This document shows positions 43,700 through 54,411 of a stretch of 64,000 nt of DNA, one piece after another (position 1 is the stretch's first letter; every line of letters begins with the position of its first letter). Origin of the DNA: Thermodesulfobacteriota bacterium (GTDB lineage: Bacteria > Desulfobacterota_D > UBA1144 > Nemesobacterales > Mycalebacteriaceae). The notes below the pieces were generated by a model. It was not told the origin of the DNA, did no database searches, and saw only the letters and a list, made by a program, of their open reading frames with translations. A program made the position numbers and the translations under genes. Location: assembly GCA_965198945.1 (NCBI GenBank), contig CBDAQI010000013.1, positions 32,001-96,000 on the forward strand, read 5' to 3'.

Positions 43700-43741
43700 C
43701 GGTGGGAAGGTGTTTTTGCTTCCGGACTTGCCTCCGGCGGC

Positions 43742-44599
43742 TCAAAAATCAACCTGTTTCAGTTCCCAGTAAGCTTTTGAGTCTTTCAGGTTTTCGTTTT
43801 CAAGGAGCAGGTCTATTGCTTTTCTTCCGTTTTTATCAGTCTTGTTAGGATCCGCCCCGTTTTTTATCAACGCCACAACAACTTCGGGGTTTTTGTTGTT
43901 CCATGCGGCTTTTATGAGAGAGGTTCTCCCGTCAAATCCCGTCATGTTGACATCGGCTCCGTTCCGCGCAAGGGAGAGTATTACTTTTTCATTTTCATTG
44001 TTCCAAGCCGCTTTCATAAGAGCCGTTTCACCGTTGATGTCCACGGTGTTTATATCCGCCCCGTTTTCTATGAGGGCGTCCGTTACCTTTTCATTGTTGT
44101 TCCACGCCGCGAACATAAGAGGGGTTTCCCCATATGGAGTCTTGGCGTTTACTTTCGCTCCGTTGTTTATCAAAGTGAGAATAACTTCGGGGTTTTCATT
44201 TTTTTCGGCCGCCACCATTAAAGGAGTTTTGCCTTTTTTATTTCTTGCATTTACATCCGCGCCATTATTTATAAGAGTGAGCAAACTTTCCGTATCTTTT
44301 CTGGCTGAAGCGGCAATAATAATGGGAGAGTCTCCGCGGTCGTCCCTTGCGTTTACATCCGCCCCGTTTTCTATGGCTTTTTCCAGCTGGCGGTTGGACG
44401 CGCTTTGAATGAAAGCCCTATCTGTAAGACTGTTACTGTTTGTGCCCCTTGGAAAAAATATAACTCCAATAGCTGTCAGACATATTACCGCAAAAGATAT
44501 GAGGGCTACTATTTTGAAATTTGATTTCTTTTTGAGGTCCCATCGTACGGGAAATGGTTCATAGTATTTTCCCAGATTATCTTTTTTCTTCCAGACCAT
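43742..44599 (-). CDS. Membrane-anchored ankyrin-repeat protein (5 repeats plus caps)
   Basis: One N-terminal TM helix; repeats G.TPLM.AA.NN.N..V...LI.NGADVN. Confidence 0.92.
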   Translation of the reverse strand: MVWKKKDNLGKYYEPFPVRWDLKKKSNFKIVALISFAVICLTAIGVIFFPRGTNSNSLTDRAFIQSASNRQLEKAIENGADVNARDDRGDSPIIIAASARKDTESLLTLINNGADVNARNKKGKTPLMVAAEKNENPEVILTLINNGAKVNAKTPYGETPLMFAAWNNNEKVTDALIENGADINTVDINGETALMKAAWNNENEKVILSLARNGADVNMTGFDGRTSLIKAAWNNKNPEVVVALIKNGADPNKTDKNGRKAIDLLLENENLKDSKAYWELKQVDF

Positions 44600-44669
44600 T
44601 GTGTGCCCCGCTATAGTATATCAGCCGCTTGAATTGGTTTGCAGGCGCATAAATTAACAGATATGAAAT

Positions 44670-47384
44670 TCAAAGACAATCAGTTTCTAACATCTGACGC
44701 ATTACCGTCTGAAGAATTCCTCCGTTTTTGTAGTATTCAACTTCAACCGGGCTGTCCAGACGGCAGATTGCGGTAAAAACTTTTCCTTCTTCTTTTCCCT
44801 GCACTTTGATTGTTACTTCCGCTCCGGGTGATATGTTTTCTGACAGCCCCCCGACTGAAAAAGTTTCAAAACCGCTCAATGAAAGAGTTTCGGCATTTTC
44901 ACCTTCCCGGAACTGCAGGGGTAAAACCCCCATCCCGACAAGATTGCTGCGGTGAATTCTTTCATAACTTTCCGCAATTACACATTGAATTCCGAGCAGA
45001 GCCGTTCCTTTTGCCGCCCAGTCTCGTGAACTGCCGGTTCCGTATTCCTTGCCGGCGATAATTATCAGCGGGGTTTCTTCCCGCATATATCTTTCCGCCG
45101 CGTCATAAATTGCCATTTTTTCCCCTGACGGCAAGTGAACGGTAACCCCCCCTTCGGTGCCGGGAATCATAAGGTTTCTTATTCTTATATTGGAAAAAGT
45201 TCCTCTTACCATAACTTCATGATTGCCGCGCCGCGCTCCAAAGCTGTTGAAGTCTTTTTGTTCCAAGCCCTTTGAAATCAGATATTTCCCGGCCGGCCCT
45301 TCCGGTTGTATCACACCCGCGGGCGAGATGTGGTCTGTAGTCACAGAGTCTCCCAGGACCGCGAGCGCTCTTGCTCTTTCAATGTTGTGACAAATTTCTT
45401 TTTCTTTTCCGCCGTTTGTATGAAAGTTTTCAAAAAAGGGAGGGTTTTGTATGTAAGTGGAATTTTCATCCCAGTTGTAAAGAGGGCTTTGGGAAGCCGA
45501 AAGTTCCGTCCACATATCGTCTCCGTCAAAAACTCCCGCATACTGATTTTTAAACATGTCCGGGCTGATTGTTTCGGAAACGGTTTTCTTTATCTCATCC
45601 TGGCTCGGCCATATATCTTTCAGATAAACATCGTTTCCGTTTTCGCTTTTGCCGATCGGTGAGGAAAGAATGTCTTTATTCACCGTTCCGGCAAGGGCAA
45701 AAGCCACTACGAGAGGCGGAGAAGCAAGATATGAGAATTTGACAAGAGGATGAATTCTGCCCTGAAAATTTCTGTTGCCGCTCAAAACCGATGCGCAGGT
45801 GAGATTGCCCCTCCTGATTCCTTCTTCAACCTTTTCCGGAAGCGGCCCGCTGTTGCCTATGCAGGTTGTGCACCCGTATCCGACAAGGTTGAAGCCGAGT
45901 TTTTCAAGTGGTTCAAGAAGCCCGGAGGCCGACAGATATTCCGTAACCACCCTTGAACCAGGAGCAAGGCTCGTTTTTACATATGGCTTAACACTGAGCC
46001 CCTTTTCAACCGCTTTTTGCGCAACCAGGCCCGCCGCTACCATTACGGAGGGATTTGAGGTGTTTGTGCAACTTGTGATTGCCGCAATTACGACTGAGCC
46101 GTCTGCAATTTCAATGTTTTGCCCTCTTACTTCAATGCTCGCTTTTCCTTTGCCGCCGCCGTCGGTTTTTTTTTCAATGCTTTTTTCATAAGACCGCTTC
46201 AGATTTTGGAGCGCGATTCTGTCCTGGGGTCTGTCCGGCCCCGCCACCGAAGGCACAACGGCGGCAATATCAAGTTCAAGTGTGTCAGTGTATTCCGGTT
46301 CTTGTCCGGAATGCCTGAAAATTTTCTGCTCAGTCGCATATTTTTCAATAAGCTCCGAGAGATTTTCTCTGCCGGTTGAGTTTATGTATCTCAATGTTTC
46401 CGAATCGGTTGGGAAAAATCCCATTGTTGCTCCGTATTCGGGCGCCATATTTGCTATTGTTGCTCTGTCAGAAAGCGCGAGTTTTGAGAGACCGTCTCCG
46501 TAAAATTCAACAAATTTCCCCACCACTCCTTTCTTTCTAAGCATTTCCGTAACGGTAAGAACCACGTCTGTCGCCGTAATTCCGTTTGACGGCTCTCCGG
46601 TGATTTTAAAGCCTATTACTTCGGGTGTCAGCATATAAAGAGGCTGGCCGAGCATGCATGCCTCAGCCTCTATTCCGCCCACACCCCATCCGACCACGCT
46701 CAGTCCGTTTATCATTGTGGTGTGGGAATCCGTGCCGACCAGAGTGTCCGGGTAGGCCAGAGTTTTTCCGCCTCTTTCTTCCGAAGAAACAACGCTTGCA
46801 AAATATTCAAGATTGACCTGATGCACGATTCCGGTGCCCGGAGGAACAACCCTGAAATTGTCAAAGGAATTCTGGGCCCATTTGAGAAACCTGTAGCGCT
46901 CACCATTTCTTTCATATTCAAGTTCAACATTTTTTGAAAAAGAATCTACGCTTGAAAAGAAGTCAACCTGTATGGAATGGTCTATAACCAGATCAACCGG
47001 AACCAGAGGGTTGATGCGCGAATAATCCGCTCCTTCAACACGATTGACCGCCGTCCGCATGGAAGCAAGGTCCGCCACGCAGGGGACACCGGTAAAATCC
47101 TGCAGAATCACTCTTGCGGGCTTATAGGGGATTTCCCGGGGGCTTTTCCCTCCGCTCCAGTCAACCAGAGAGCGCACATGATCTTCGGTGACGGTTTTCC
47201 CGTCATAATTTCTCAGGGCGTTTTCCAGGAGAATTTTGATGGAGAACGGAAGTTTGCCGATTTCTTTTCCCAGGCTTTCCTCAAGTTTGCGCAATGAGTA
47301 TATGGAATAGCGTTTGCCGCCCGCTTCCATTTCTTTTAGGGCTTGGAATTTATCCTGAATTTTTTTGTCCTGTGAATCTATCAC
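44670..47384 (-). CDS. acnA: Aconitate hydratase A
   Basis: QDFTGVP, GTDSHT, ITSCTNTSN, GCTTCIGNSG, GSSRDWAAKG. Confidence 0.98.
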   Translation of the reverse strand: MIDSQDKKIQDKFQALKEMEAGGKRYSIYSLRKLEESLGKEIGKLPFSIKILLENALRNYDGKTVTEDHVRSLVDWSGGKSPREIPYKPARVILQDFTGVPCVADLASMRTAVNRVEGADYSRINPLVPVDLVIDHSIQVDFFSSVDSFSKNVELEYERNGERYRFLKWAQNSFDNFRVVPPGTGIVHQVNLEYFASVVSSEERGGKTLAYPDTLVGTDSHTTMINGLSVVGWGVGGIEAEACMLGQPLYMLTPEVIGFKITGEPSNGITATDVVLTVTEMLRKKGVVGKFVEFYGDGLSKLALSDRATIANMAPEYGATMGFFPTDSETLRYINSTGRENLSELIEKYATEQKIFRHSGQEPEYTDTLELDIAAVVPSVAGPDRPQDRIALQNLKRSYEKSIEKKTDGGGKGKASIEVRGQNIEIADGSVVIAAITSCTNTSNPSVMVAAGLVAQKAVEKGLSVKPYVKTSLAPGSRVVTEYLSASGLLEPLEKLGFNLVGYGCTTCIGNSGPLPEKVEEGIRRGNLTCASVLSGNRNFQGRIHPLVKFSYLASPPLVVAFALAGTVNKDILSSPIGKSENGNDVYLKDIWPSQDEIKKTVSETISPDMFKNQYAGVFDGDDMWTELSASQSPLYNWDENSTYIQNPPFFENFHTNGGKEKEICHNIERARALAVLGDSVTTDHISPAGVIQPEGPAGKYLISKGLEQKDFNSFGARRGNHEVMVRGTFSNIRIRNLMIPGTEGGVTVHLPSGEKMAIYDAAERYMREETPLIIIAGKEYGTGSSRDWAAKGTALLGIQCVIAESYERIHRSNLVGMGVLPLQFREGENAETLSLSGFETFSVGGLSENISPGAEVTIKVQGKEEGKVFTAICRLDSPVEVEYYKNGGILQTVMRQMLETDCL

Positions 47385-48616
47385 TAATCAATCCTCCCCA
47401 AAGCAATTACGGAATTGGTTCCGCCGAATCCGTAGGAATTTGTAAGAACGGTTTTAAGTTTTGTGTCTCTCGCTTCATTGGGCACATAATCAAGGTCGCA
47501 TTCGGGGTCTCTGTTAAAAAAATTTATTGTCGGCGGAACCACCGAGTGCTTTATCGCCAGGGCACACAGAGACGCTTCGACAGTTCCGATTGCTCCCAGC
47601 ATATGACCCGTCATTGATTTTGTGGAGCTGACAGGAATATCATAAGCCCTTTGCCCGAAAACATCCTTTATGGCGGCGGTTTCGTTTGAGTCATTCAGCT
47701 TTGTGGATGTGCCGTGCGCGTTTATGTAGTCAACATCCTCCGGATTGAGACCGGAGTTTTGAAGAGCCATTTTCATGCATCTGACCGGCCCGTCAAGAGA
47801 AGGCGCGGTTATATGGTGAGCATCTCCGCTCATTCCCGACCCCAGCACTTCCGCGTATATTACTGCTCCGCGCGCCTTTGCAAATTCAAGTTCTTCCAAA
47901 ATCACAATTCCCGCACCTTCGGCGAGAATAAAACCGTCTCTGTCCATTTCAAAAGGTCTTGAGGCGGTTTCCGGGTCATCGTTTCTTGTGGAAAGAGCTT
48001 TGATGACATTGAACCCGGCAACCGTCAGAGGAACAAGCGGAGCTTCGCTTCCTCCGGCTATCATTGCGTCCGCATCTCCGTTTCTGATGAGCATCGCTGC
48101 GAGAGAAAGAGAATGTCCGCTTGCCGCGCAGGCGGTTGTGGTGCTGCAGTTCGGGCCCCGCGCATTGAACTTTATGGAGGCGTATCCCGCCGCCATGTTT
48201 GTGACAACATTGGGAATAAAAAACGGCGACACTCTTCCGGGCCCTTTTTTATCAAGAGTCCTTACCATATCACAGTATGTTATTGTTCCGCCGATTCCCG
48301 ATGCGATAATGGTTCCAACCCTCGGAGCCAGTTCATCGGTAATTTCAAGCCCCGAATCCTCAAGTGCGAGACTTGTTGAGGCAATCGCGTAGTGGATAAA
48401 CAGATCATCCCTGCGAGCTTCACGGGCGGACATAAAATCCTCCGGGTTGAAGTCTGTGACCTCTCCCGCTATGCGTGTTTTATGTTCCGAAGTGTCAAAT
48501 CTGCTTATCAACCCAACGCCGCTTTTTCCTGCGCAGATTCCTTCCCAGGTTTTTTTGTGTCCGATTCCGAGAGGTGTTATAAGGCCGATTCCGGTGATGA
48601 CGACCCTACGACCCAT
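47384..48616 (-). CDS. fabF: Beta-ketoacyl-ACP synthase II
   Basis: TACAA, NAHGTST, KSMTGH, GFGGTN. Confidence 0.97.
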   Translation of the reverse strand: MGRRVVITGIGLITPLGIGHKKTWEGICAGKSGVGLISRFDTSEHKTRIAGEVTDFNPEDFMSAREARRDDLFIHYAIASTSLALEDSGLEITDELAPRVGTIIASGIGGTITYCDMVRTLDKKGPGRVSPFFIPNVVTNMAAGYASIKFNARGPNCSTTTACAASGHSLSLAAMLIRNGDADAMIAGGSEAPLVPLTVAGFNVIKALSTRNDDPETASRPFEMDRDGFILAEGAGIVILEELEFAKARGAVIYAEVLGSGMSGDAHHITAPSLDGPVRCMKMALQNSGLNPEDVDYINAHGTSTKLNDSNETAAIKDVFGQRAYDIPVSSTKSMTGHMLGAIGTVEASLCALAIKHSVVPPTINFFNRDPECDLDYVPNEARDTKLKTVLTNSYGFGGTNSVIALGRID

Positions 48617-48866
48617 CTTCCTGTTTTTCCTTTATAAAATCAACCGCGTCCTGAACGGTAATGATTTTTTCAACATCTTCATCAAGAATTTCAATTCCAA
48701 ACTCGTCTTCTATTGACATAACAAGCTCTACAAGATCAAGCGAATCCGCTCCCAGATCTTCAATGAATGACATCTCAGACTCAATTTCATCGGCGGATTT
48801 GCCGAATTGCTGAGCTATCATATCTTTGATTTTCCCCACCATTTCCGTTTCTTTTTCTTGAGACAT
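48606..48866 (-). CDS. acpP: Acyl carrier protein
   Basis: DLGADSLDLVEL. Confidence 0.97.
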   Translation of the reverse strand: MSQEKETEMVGKIKDMIAQQFGKSADEIESEMSFIEDLGADSLDLVELVMSIEDEFGIEILDEDVEKIITVQDAVDFIKEKQEDGS

Positions 48867-48911
48867 TGAGTTTCCTCCTTATTTGTTTTTTGTTTTTATA
48901 TCTTTTGTCAG

Positions 48912-49664
48912 CTAAATGTAAAGTCCTCCGTTCACTTTTATGACTTCGCCCGTGATATAGGATGCGCCGTCGGACGCAAGGAAAACAACCACACCGGAAA
49001 TATCCTTTGCCTGACCGTATCTGCCGAGAGGGATTGATTCAAGGTAGACGCGCTTCATTTCTTCCGGAATGGGAGCGGTTATATCGGTTTCTACGAATCC
49101 GGGACTTACGGCATTCACTGTTACTCCGCGGGATGCAAACTCTTTTGCGGCTGATTTTGTAAATCCTATTACACCGGCTTTTGCCGATGAATAGTTAATC
49201 TGTCCGGGATTTCCCATTTCTCCCACCACGGAAGTTATATTGACTATCCTTCCGTATCTTTTGTTGAGCATGTCCCTTGCCACGGCTTTTGTGCAGTTGA
49301 AAACCCCTTTCAGGTTCGTGTTGTGAACCTCGTCCCAGTCTTGCTCGTCCATTCTTAAAAACAGTTTGTCTTTTGTTATTCCCGCGTTATTGACAAGTAT
49401 CTGAATTCCGTTTTTTTCTACAAATGGATCCAGGTTTTCCCTGACCGCTTTGTAGTCCGAAACATCAAAGCCGATAATTTCTCCGCTGCCTCCGGTTTCT
49501 TTGATGTTCTCAAGAGTTTCCCGCGCCGCGTCCGGGTTTGAAACATAGTTCACTATTACATGACAGCCCTTAAGCGCAAGGTCTATGGCAGTTTGTCTTC
49601 CTATTCCCCTTGACGCGCCGGTAACGAGGGCGGTTTTATCTTTGAATTCTGCTGCGGAGCTCAT
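48912..49664 (-). CDS. fabG: 3-oxoacyl-ACP reductase
   Basis: TGASRGIG, NNAGITKD, YSSAKAG. Confidence 0.96.
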   Translation of the reverse strand: MSSAAEFKDKTALVTGASRGIGRQTAIDLALKGCHVIVNYVSNPDAARETLENIKETGGSGEIIGFDVSDYKAVRENLDPFVEKNGIQILVNNAGITKDKLFLRMDEQDWDEVHNTNLKGVFNCTKAVARDMLNKRYGRIVNITSVVGEMGNPGQINYSSAKAGVIGFTKSAAKEFASRGVTVNAVSPGFVETDITAPIPEEMKRVYLESIPLGRYGQAKDISGVVVFLASDGASYITGEVIKVNGGLYI

Positions 49665-49669
49665 GTCCG

Positions 49670-50593
49670 TTAAATCCTATGCAAATGGTCTGCCATTTCA
49701 AGATTGCGGGTTTCACAGTTTTTTACTATTCGCTTTATAAGCCCGCAGAGCGCTCTTCCGGGACCTATCTCAATAAACTTGTCAACCCCTTTTTCTTTCA
49801 TGTATTCAACTGACTCAGACCACCTGACGGGGCTTGTTATCTGCTCAAGCAGCAGGTGTTTCACCGTTTCGGGAGAAGTGTTTTCAACCGCCTCAAGATT
49901 GGTCACAACCGGAACCCTCATATCAGACACCTTGATATTTTCAAAAATCTCCCCCAGTTTTTCCGCAGCCGGTTTCATCAGAGGGCAATGAAAAGGGGCG
50001 CTCACATTGAGCGGTACGGCTCTTTTCGCTCCATTTTCAACGGCAGCCCCGGACGCCTTTTCCACTTCGTCTGCGTCGCCTGAAATAACTGTCTGCTCCG
50101 GTGAGTTATAATTGGCTGGCCAGACATTTCCGCCATCCTCTTTTCTTGAATAATCTTCGCATAGATGTTCAATTTTTTCTTTCTTCAAACCTATTATCGC
50201 CGCCATGGCTCCCTTGCCGGGCGGCACCGCCTGTTGCATAAACTCGCCTCTTTTTCTGACAATCTTCACCGCGTCTGAAAACTCAAGCCCTCCGGCGGCC
50301 ACAAGCGCCGAGTATTCTCCGAGACTGTGTCCGGCGACAAAATCGGGTTTTAATCCGGTTTCTTTTTCAAGGGCCGCAAGCGCGGCCGTGCTTGCGGTAA
50401 GAATTGCGGGCTGGGCGTTGGCGGTCAAACTCAAAGTCTCTTCATCCGAGTCAAAGCAAAGCTTTATCATATCTTCGCTCAGAGCGTCGCTTGCCTGCTC
50501 AAACACCGAACGCGCCTCGGGAAAATTGTCATAAAAATCTTTTCCCATTCCAATACTTTGTGAACCCTGTCCGGGGAAAACAAAAGCTGTCAT
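49670..50593 (-). CDS. fabD: Malonyl-CoA:ACP transacylase
   Basis: FPGQGSQ, GHSLGEY, SAPFH. Confidence 0.97.
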   Translation of the reverse strand: MTAFVFPGQGSQSIGMGKDFYDNFPEARSVFEQASDALSEDMIKLCFDSDEETLSLTANAQPAILTASTAALAALEKETGLKPDFVAGHSLGEYSALVAAGGLEFSDAVKIVRKRGEFMQQAVPPGKGAMAAIIGLKKEKIEHLCEDYSRKEDGGNVWPANYNSPEQTVISGDADEVEKASGAAVENGAKRAVPLNVSAPFHCPLMKPAAEKLGEIFENIKVSDMRVPVVTNLEAVENTSPETVKHLLLEQITSPVRWSESVEYMKEKGVDKFIEIGPGRALCGLIKRIVKNCETRNLEMADHLHRI

Positions 50594-50644
50594 CTTATGT
50601 GTCCGTAAAGAAAACGGGAGGAAAATGTCTGCGGTGTATTTCCC

Positions 50645-50833
50645 TTAATCCTCTTCCTCTTCGGTTTTTATAAAGTTTCTGCCTTTGTAGTGGCCACAGT
50701 GCGGGCATGCTCTGTGAGGGTGCATTTTTTCATTGCACTCAGGGCACATTGAGGTTGCGGGACTTGCCGTTTTGTAATGTGTTCTTCTTTTTTTTGATTT
50801 GGAACTGGAAGTTTTTCTTTTTGGGACAGCCAT
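50645..50833 (-). CDS. rpmF: 50S ribosomal protein L32 (Zn-binding form)
   Basis: MAVPKRKTS...CPEC...HRACPHCGHY; start reassigned. Confidence 0.96.
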   Translation of the reverse strand: MAVPKRKTSSSKSKKRRTHYKTASPATSMCPECNEKMHPHRACPHCGHYKGRNFIKTEEEED

Positions 50834-51342
50834 TATAGTTTTCTCCTTTTTTCTTCTGCCGGATTTGAAGCAAGGTTGATTTTTTTCAGCATACTGAATT
50901 TGGAAACGGTTTGGTTTGTCAGGCAATTACAGATTTTTTCATTCAAATCCTCTCCGCATATCATGCAAAGCCCCTTGCAGTTTTCCGCACACACTGTCTT
51001 CTCCGGCATTGCCATCGCAACCTGTTCTCTCATATTGTCCGAGATGTCTATTTTGCTTTCACCCTTTCTGAGAGGAAGAAAGGAGAGGATTTGACGCCTG
51101 ATACCGGTTTTTGCGGGCTTGACGCATCTTGAACACGGACAGACAAGTTCAAATGACAATTCTCCGGAAACACAAACCTGACCGCCTATTTTTTCAATGC
51201 CCGCACTGAAAAAAACGGAGGAAAGCAATTTTGTCTCGCTTCCGCTCTCAGACAGCTCTCTTATATTAGTGAGCCATTCTGCATTTTTTGAAACTTCAAA
51301 AAACAGGCGGTTATTTTCTATTTCTCCCATATGAAAAATCAT
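50833..51342 (-). CDS. yceD: YceD/DUF177-family protein
   Basis: CSRC and C..NCKGLC..CG.DLN...C.C; conserved position upstream of rpmF. Confidence 0.88.
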   Translation of the reverse strand: MIFHMGEIENNRLFFEVSKNAEWLTNIRELSESGSETKLLSSVFFSAGIEKIGGQVCVSGELSFELVCPCSRCVKPAKTGIRRQILSFLPLRKGESKIDISDNMREQVAMAMPEKTVCAENCKGLCMICGEDLNEKICNCLTNQTVSKFSMLKKINLASNPAEEKRRKL

Positions 51343-51422
51343 TTTTATTGCTCGGCAGAAATGATTCAGGTCAAATATAAATGCCGGCCGGTGTTTTGTA
51401 AATCAAACCTTCGGGATTGATT

Positions 51423-52190
51423 TCAGCCGTCAGTTTCATTTTTTTTCTTTTCCAGAAAAGGCCTCAACATTTCGAGCGGGAGCGGGAGTATTATTGTTGA
51501 GTTTCTCTCGGACGGAAGGTCTGACAATGCCTGAAGGAAACGCAGTTGAAGTGAGGCGGGATTTTTTGAAAGTACATCGGAAGCTTCCGAGATTTTCTGT
51601 GAAGCCTGGAACTCTCCCTCGGCGCTTATGACCCTCGCTCTTCTTTCTCTCTCCGCTTCGGCCTGTTTTGCCATTGCTCTCTGCATTTCCTGAGGCAGAT
51701 CAACATGCTTTACCTCAACAAGCGTAACTTTTATTCCCCAGTCGTCAGTCTGGGTGTCAAGAACTTCCTGCAGTTTCAAATTGAGTTCTTCCCTGTCAGT
51801 CAAAAGCTCGTCCAGTTCAACCTGTCCGAGGATGCTCCTCAGGGTCGTCTGCGCAAGCTGTGAAGTTGCATAGTAGTAATTTTCAACCTTCACAATAGTG
51901 TTTATAGGGTCAATCACTCTAAAATAGAGAACGGCGTTTACCTTGACCGAAACGTTGTCTTTTGTGATTACATCCTGAGGCGGCACATCCATCGCTATTA
52001 CGCGAAGACTGACCCTTGTCATTTTATCAATGAAAGGAATTATCCAGACAAATCCGGGCCCTTTGAGTCCGATAACACGCCCAAGACGCATAACAACTCC
52101 TCTTTCATATTCCTTGAGTATCTTTGCTCCCGACAGCAGAAGCAGAAGCGCTATTATCAGCAGAGTTGTAACAGAAGGTATGGGAATCAT
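51423..52190 (-). CDS. SPFH/band 7 (stomatin-like) protein
   Basis: [40 protein letters not shown]. Confidence 0.95.
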   Translation of the reverse strand: MIPIPSVTTLLIIALLLLLSGAKILKEYERGVVMRLGRVIGLKGPGFVWIIPFIDKMTRVSLRVIAMDVPPQDVITKDNVSVKVNAVLYFRVIDPINTIVKVENYYYATSQLAQTTLRSILGQVELDELLTDREELNLKLQEVLDTQTDDWGIKVTLVEVKHVDLPQEMQRAMAKQAEAERERRARVISAEGEFQASQKISEASDVLSKNPASLQLRFLQALSDLPSERNSTIILPLPLEMLRPFLEKKKNETDG

Positions 52191-52226
52191 TTTTTTTCTC
52201 CGTTTTTTTGACTCAAAACACAGGGT

Positions 52227-53555
52227 TCAGGAATCGCTTCCCTCTCCCCTGTGCTTCACCTTGATTTTCAGACCCTTTTCTCTGCCCAGGACAACAACCC
52301 GGGAGCCTTTTGAAAGAGTATCATCACTTTCGGCTTTCCAATATTCGCAGCCTACTGAAACTATACCGCTACCGTTGTTCCAGTCAACAACCCTTCCTTC
52401 AAGTTCTCCTCCCCCTCCTCCCGTATAGGAAACTTTTGGTGAACGTACAATGGAAACAACCACAAAAATAAGAAGCAGTCCCAGAACTCCTCCCAAGGTT
52501 GCAAGAGTCTCGTAAGCAACACTCAGCCCGGTTTGTTCCGTGTCAAAAAGCAGAACCCCTCCCGCAAGAAGAGACACTATGCCGCCGAGCGCGAGAAGAC
52601 CGTAACTGGTTACAAACATCTCGGCCATAATAAGCCCCGCCCCGACTGCGATCAGTCCCAGTCCGGCGTAGTTGAAGGGAAGCATCTGGAGTGAAGCAAG
52701 CGCCAGTATAAGAGCTATTATTCCCACAACACCAGGGAAAATACTTCCCGGATTGTATATTTCCATTAAAATTCCCAGAGAGCCGAGAGAAAGAAGAAGG
52801 TATGCAATGTCCGGTGAGCCGAGAATATTGCCCAGACGCTGACGGATTGTCATTTTTTGCGCGACAATTTTAGCCCCGGCGGTTGATATTTTGCGCACCC
52901 CGTTTTCAGTGCTGACGGAAGTTCCGTCAATTTTTTTAAGCAAGTCATCCATGTCATCCGCCGCAAGATCAACTATGTTTTTTTTGACCGCATATTTCCA
53001 TGTTACCGAAGAGCTTTCGGTAACCGATTTGACGGCCCAGTTCGCATTGCGCCCTCTTTTTTCCGCGATGCTTTTTATGTAGGACGAGGCGAAGTTTTCT
53101 ATTTTCTTCCCCGCTTTGCCTTCCTGCGCTTTTCCGTCTGCGGTGACGGGCTGCGCCGCCCCTATGCTTGTTCCGGGAGCCATCGCCGCAATGTGAGACG
53201 CGAGAACTATGAAAGTGCCGGCCGATGTCGCGGTTGCTCCCGACGGTGAGACGTAAGCCACAACCGGAACCGGTGAGTTAATTATGTCTTTCACAATTTC
53301 TTTTGTTGAATTAAGCAGCCCGCCCGGAGTGTCAATAATTATCACGACCGCTTCGGCTCTTATCCGCATGGCTTGTTCTATCGCCGTTTTAATAAAATCC
53401 GCTGAAAAAGGGTTAACCGTTCCGTTCAATGTAACGGTCACAACCGTTTCGGGGCTCGGCTCATTTTTTTCATCGGCGCGGGTTTTTCCCGTTCCCGCAA
53501 GGAGCGCGCACAAAAAAACAGCGCATAAGAAAATTTTTTGAAACTTGCCACTCAT
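52227..53555 (-). CDS. nfeD: NfeD membrane-bound serine protease (long form)
   Basis: DTPGGL, SAG, APGTSIGAA, TM region, C-terminal OB domain 'EYWKA.S'; paired with SPFH. Confidence 0.92.
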   Translation of the reverse strand: MSGKFQKIFLCAVFLCALLAGTGKTRADEKNEPSPETVVTVTLNGTVNPFSADFIKTAIEQAMRIRAEAVVIIIDTPGGLLNSTKEIVKDIINSPVPVVAYVSPSGATATSAGTFIVLASHIAAMAPGTSIGAAQPVTADGKAQEGKAGKKIENFASSYIKSIAEKRGRNANWAVKSVTESSSVTWKYAVKKNIVDLAADDMDDLLKKIDGTSVSTENGVRKISTAGAKIVAQKMTIRQRLGNILGSPDIAYLLLSLGSLGILMEIYNPGSIFPGVVGIIALILALASLQMLPFNYAGLGLIAVGAGLIMAEMFVTSYGLLALGGIVSLLAGGVLLFDTEQTGLSVAYETLATLGGVLGLLLIFVVVSIVRSPKVSYTGGGGGELEGRVVDWNNGSGIVSVGCEYWKAESDDTLSKGSRVVVLGREKGLKIKVKHRGEGSDS

Positions 53556-53644
53556 TTTTTAGAGAATATAATAACCATTCGGTATTTTAATGACAAAGAC
53601 CGTACGGTCTTTTCAAATCTTTGGAGAATGGCTGAAATTTAATC

Positions 53645-54259
53645 GTGACTTCCCTTCCGGAAAGCATTTACGAACGCGTCTCGTCAATGAGCCGCCTTGC
53701 AATCTTGGCCCTTATTCTTATTCCGGTCACGGCTTTTCTTCTTTATGCGGTTTTTGCCGATTCGCGTGAGAAGAAAATTCTTGAAGCGAATCGCAGAATG
53801 GACGCCGCCATTGCGGCATATGAAAAAGGCGAGGTGGAAATGTCTCTTCAGGCACTTGAAGAAATCAGAAACGGCTTTGGCGGTTTGGATACGGCAAAGG
53901 TTGCGAAGTATTACGAAGGGGCAATTCTGTTCGGGCTTGAGGAAGACGAAAAATCTCTTGAATATATGGAGAGTTTTCTTTCGGATTCTCCTCAAAGTTT
54001 TCTCAAAACGGAATCTCTTTTCATGGCCGGATTTTCAAGCTTTCGTCTGCGGAAATGGGACAAAGCCGTAATGTATTTTGAAGAGCTTCTCTCTATCGGA
54101 ACAAAATCTCACGAAAAAAGGGTTCTGCCCCTTCTCGGAGCCGCATATTTTAGAGCCGGCAACAGGGAAAAAGCGGAGGCCGTATATGAAAGGTTTATAA
54201 CCGTTTTCCCGAAAGCTGATATTTACAGCCCGGAACCGGCATCTGAAAAACCGGAATAG
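53645..54259 (+). CDS. Membrane-anchored TPR-like protein
   Basis: N-terminal TM helix, helical repeats 'LG.AY...G..EKA...YE'. Confidence 0.75.
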   Translation: MTSLPESIYERVSSMSRLAILALILIPVTAFLLYAVFADSREKKILEANRRMDAAIAAYEKGEVEMSLQALEEIRNGFGGLDTAKVAKYYEGAILFGLEEDEKSLEYMESFLSDSPQSFLKTESLFMAGFSSFRLRKWDKAVMYFEELLSIGTKSHEKRVLPLLGAAYFRAGNREKAEAVYERFITVFPKADIYSPEPASEKPE

Positions 54260-54297
54260 GTTTTTTCATCAATTCAGTGGTTTGTAAAAAAAATTTA

Positions 54298-54380
54298 TGC
54301 CGAAGGGGGGACTCGAACCCCCACGCCACAAGGGCACTACCCCCTCAAGATAGCGCGTCTGCCAATTCCGCCACTTCGGC
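54298..54380 (-). tRNA. tRNA-Leu(GAG), CCA not encoded
   Basis: GCCGAAG acceptor stem, D-loop GGAATTGGCAGAC, anticodon arm CTATC-TTGAGGG-GGTAG, long variable arm, GTTCGAGTC. Confidence 0.96.
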
Positions 54381-54411
54381 TTCAAAGACGGTTGATTGTA
54401 TCACAAATATA

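Noticed and set aside
54260..54411. tRNA-Leu as an island integration site
   Set aside because: No integrase, no duplicated tRNA 3' end seen, and flanking genes are ordinary
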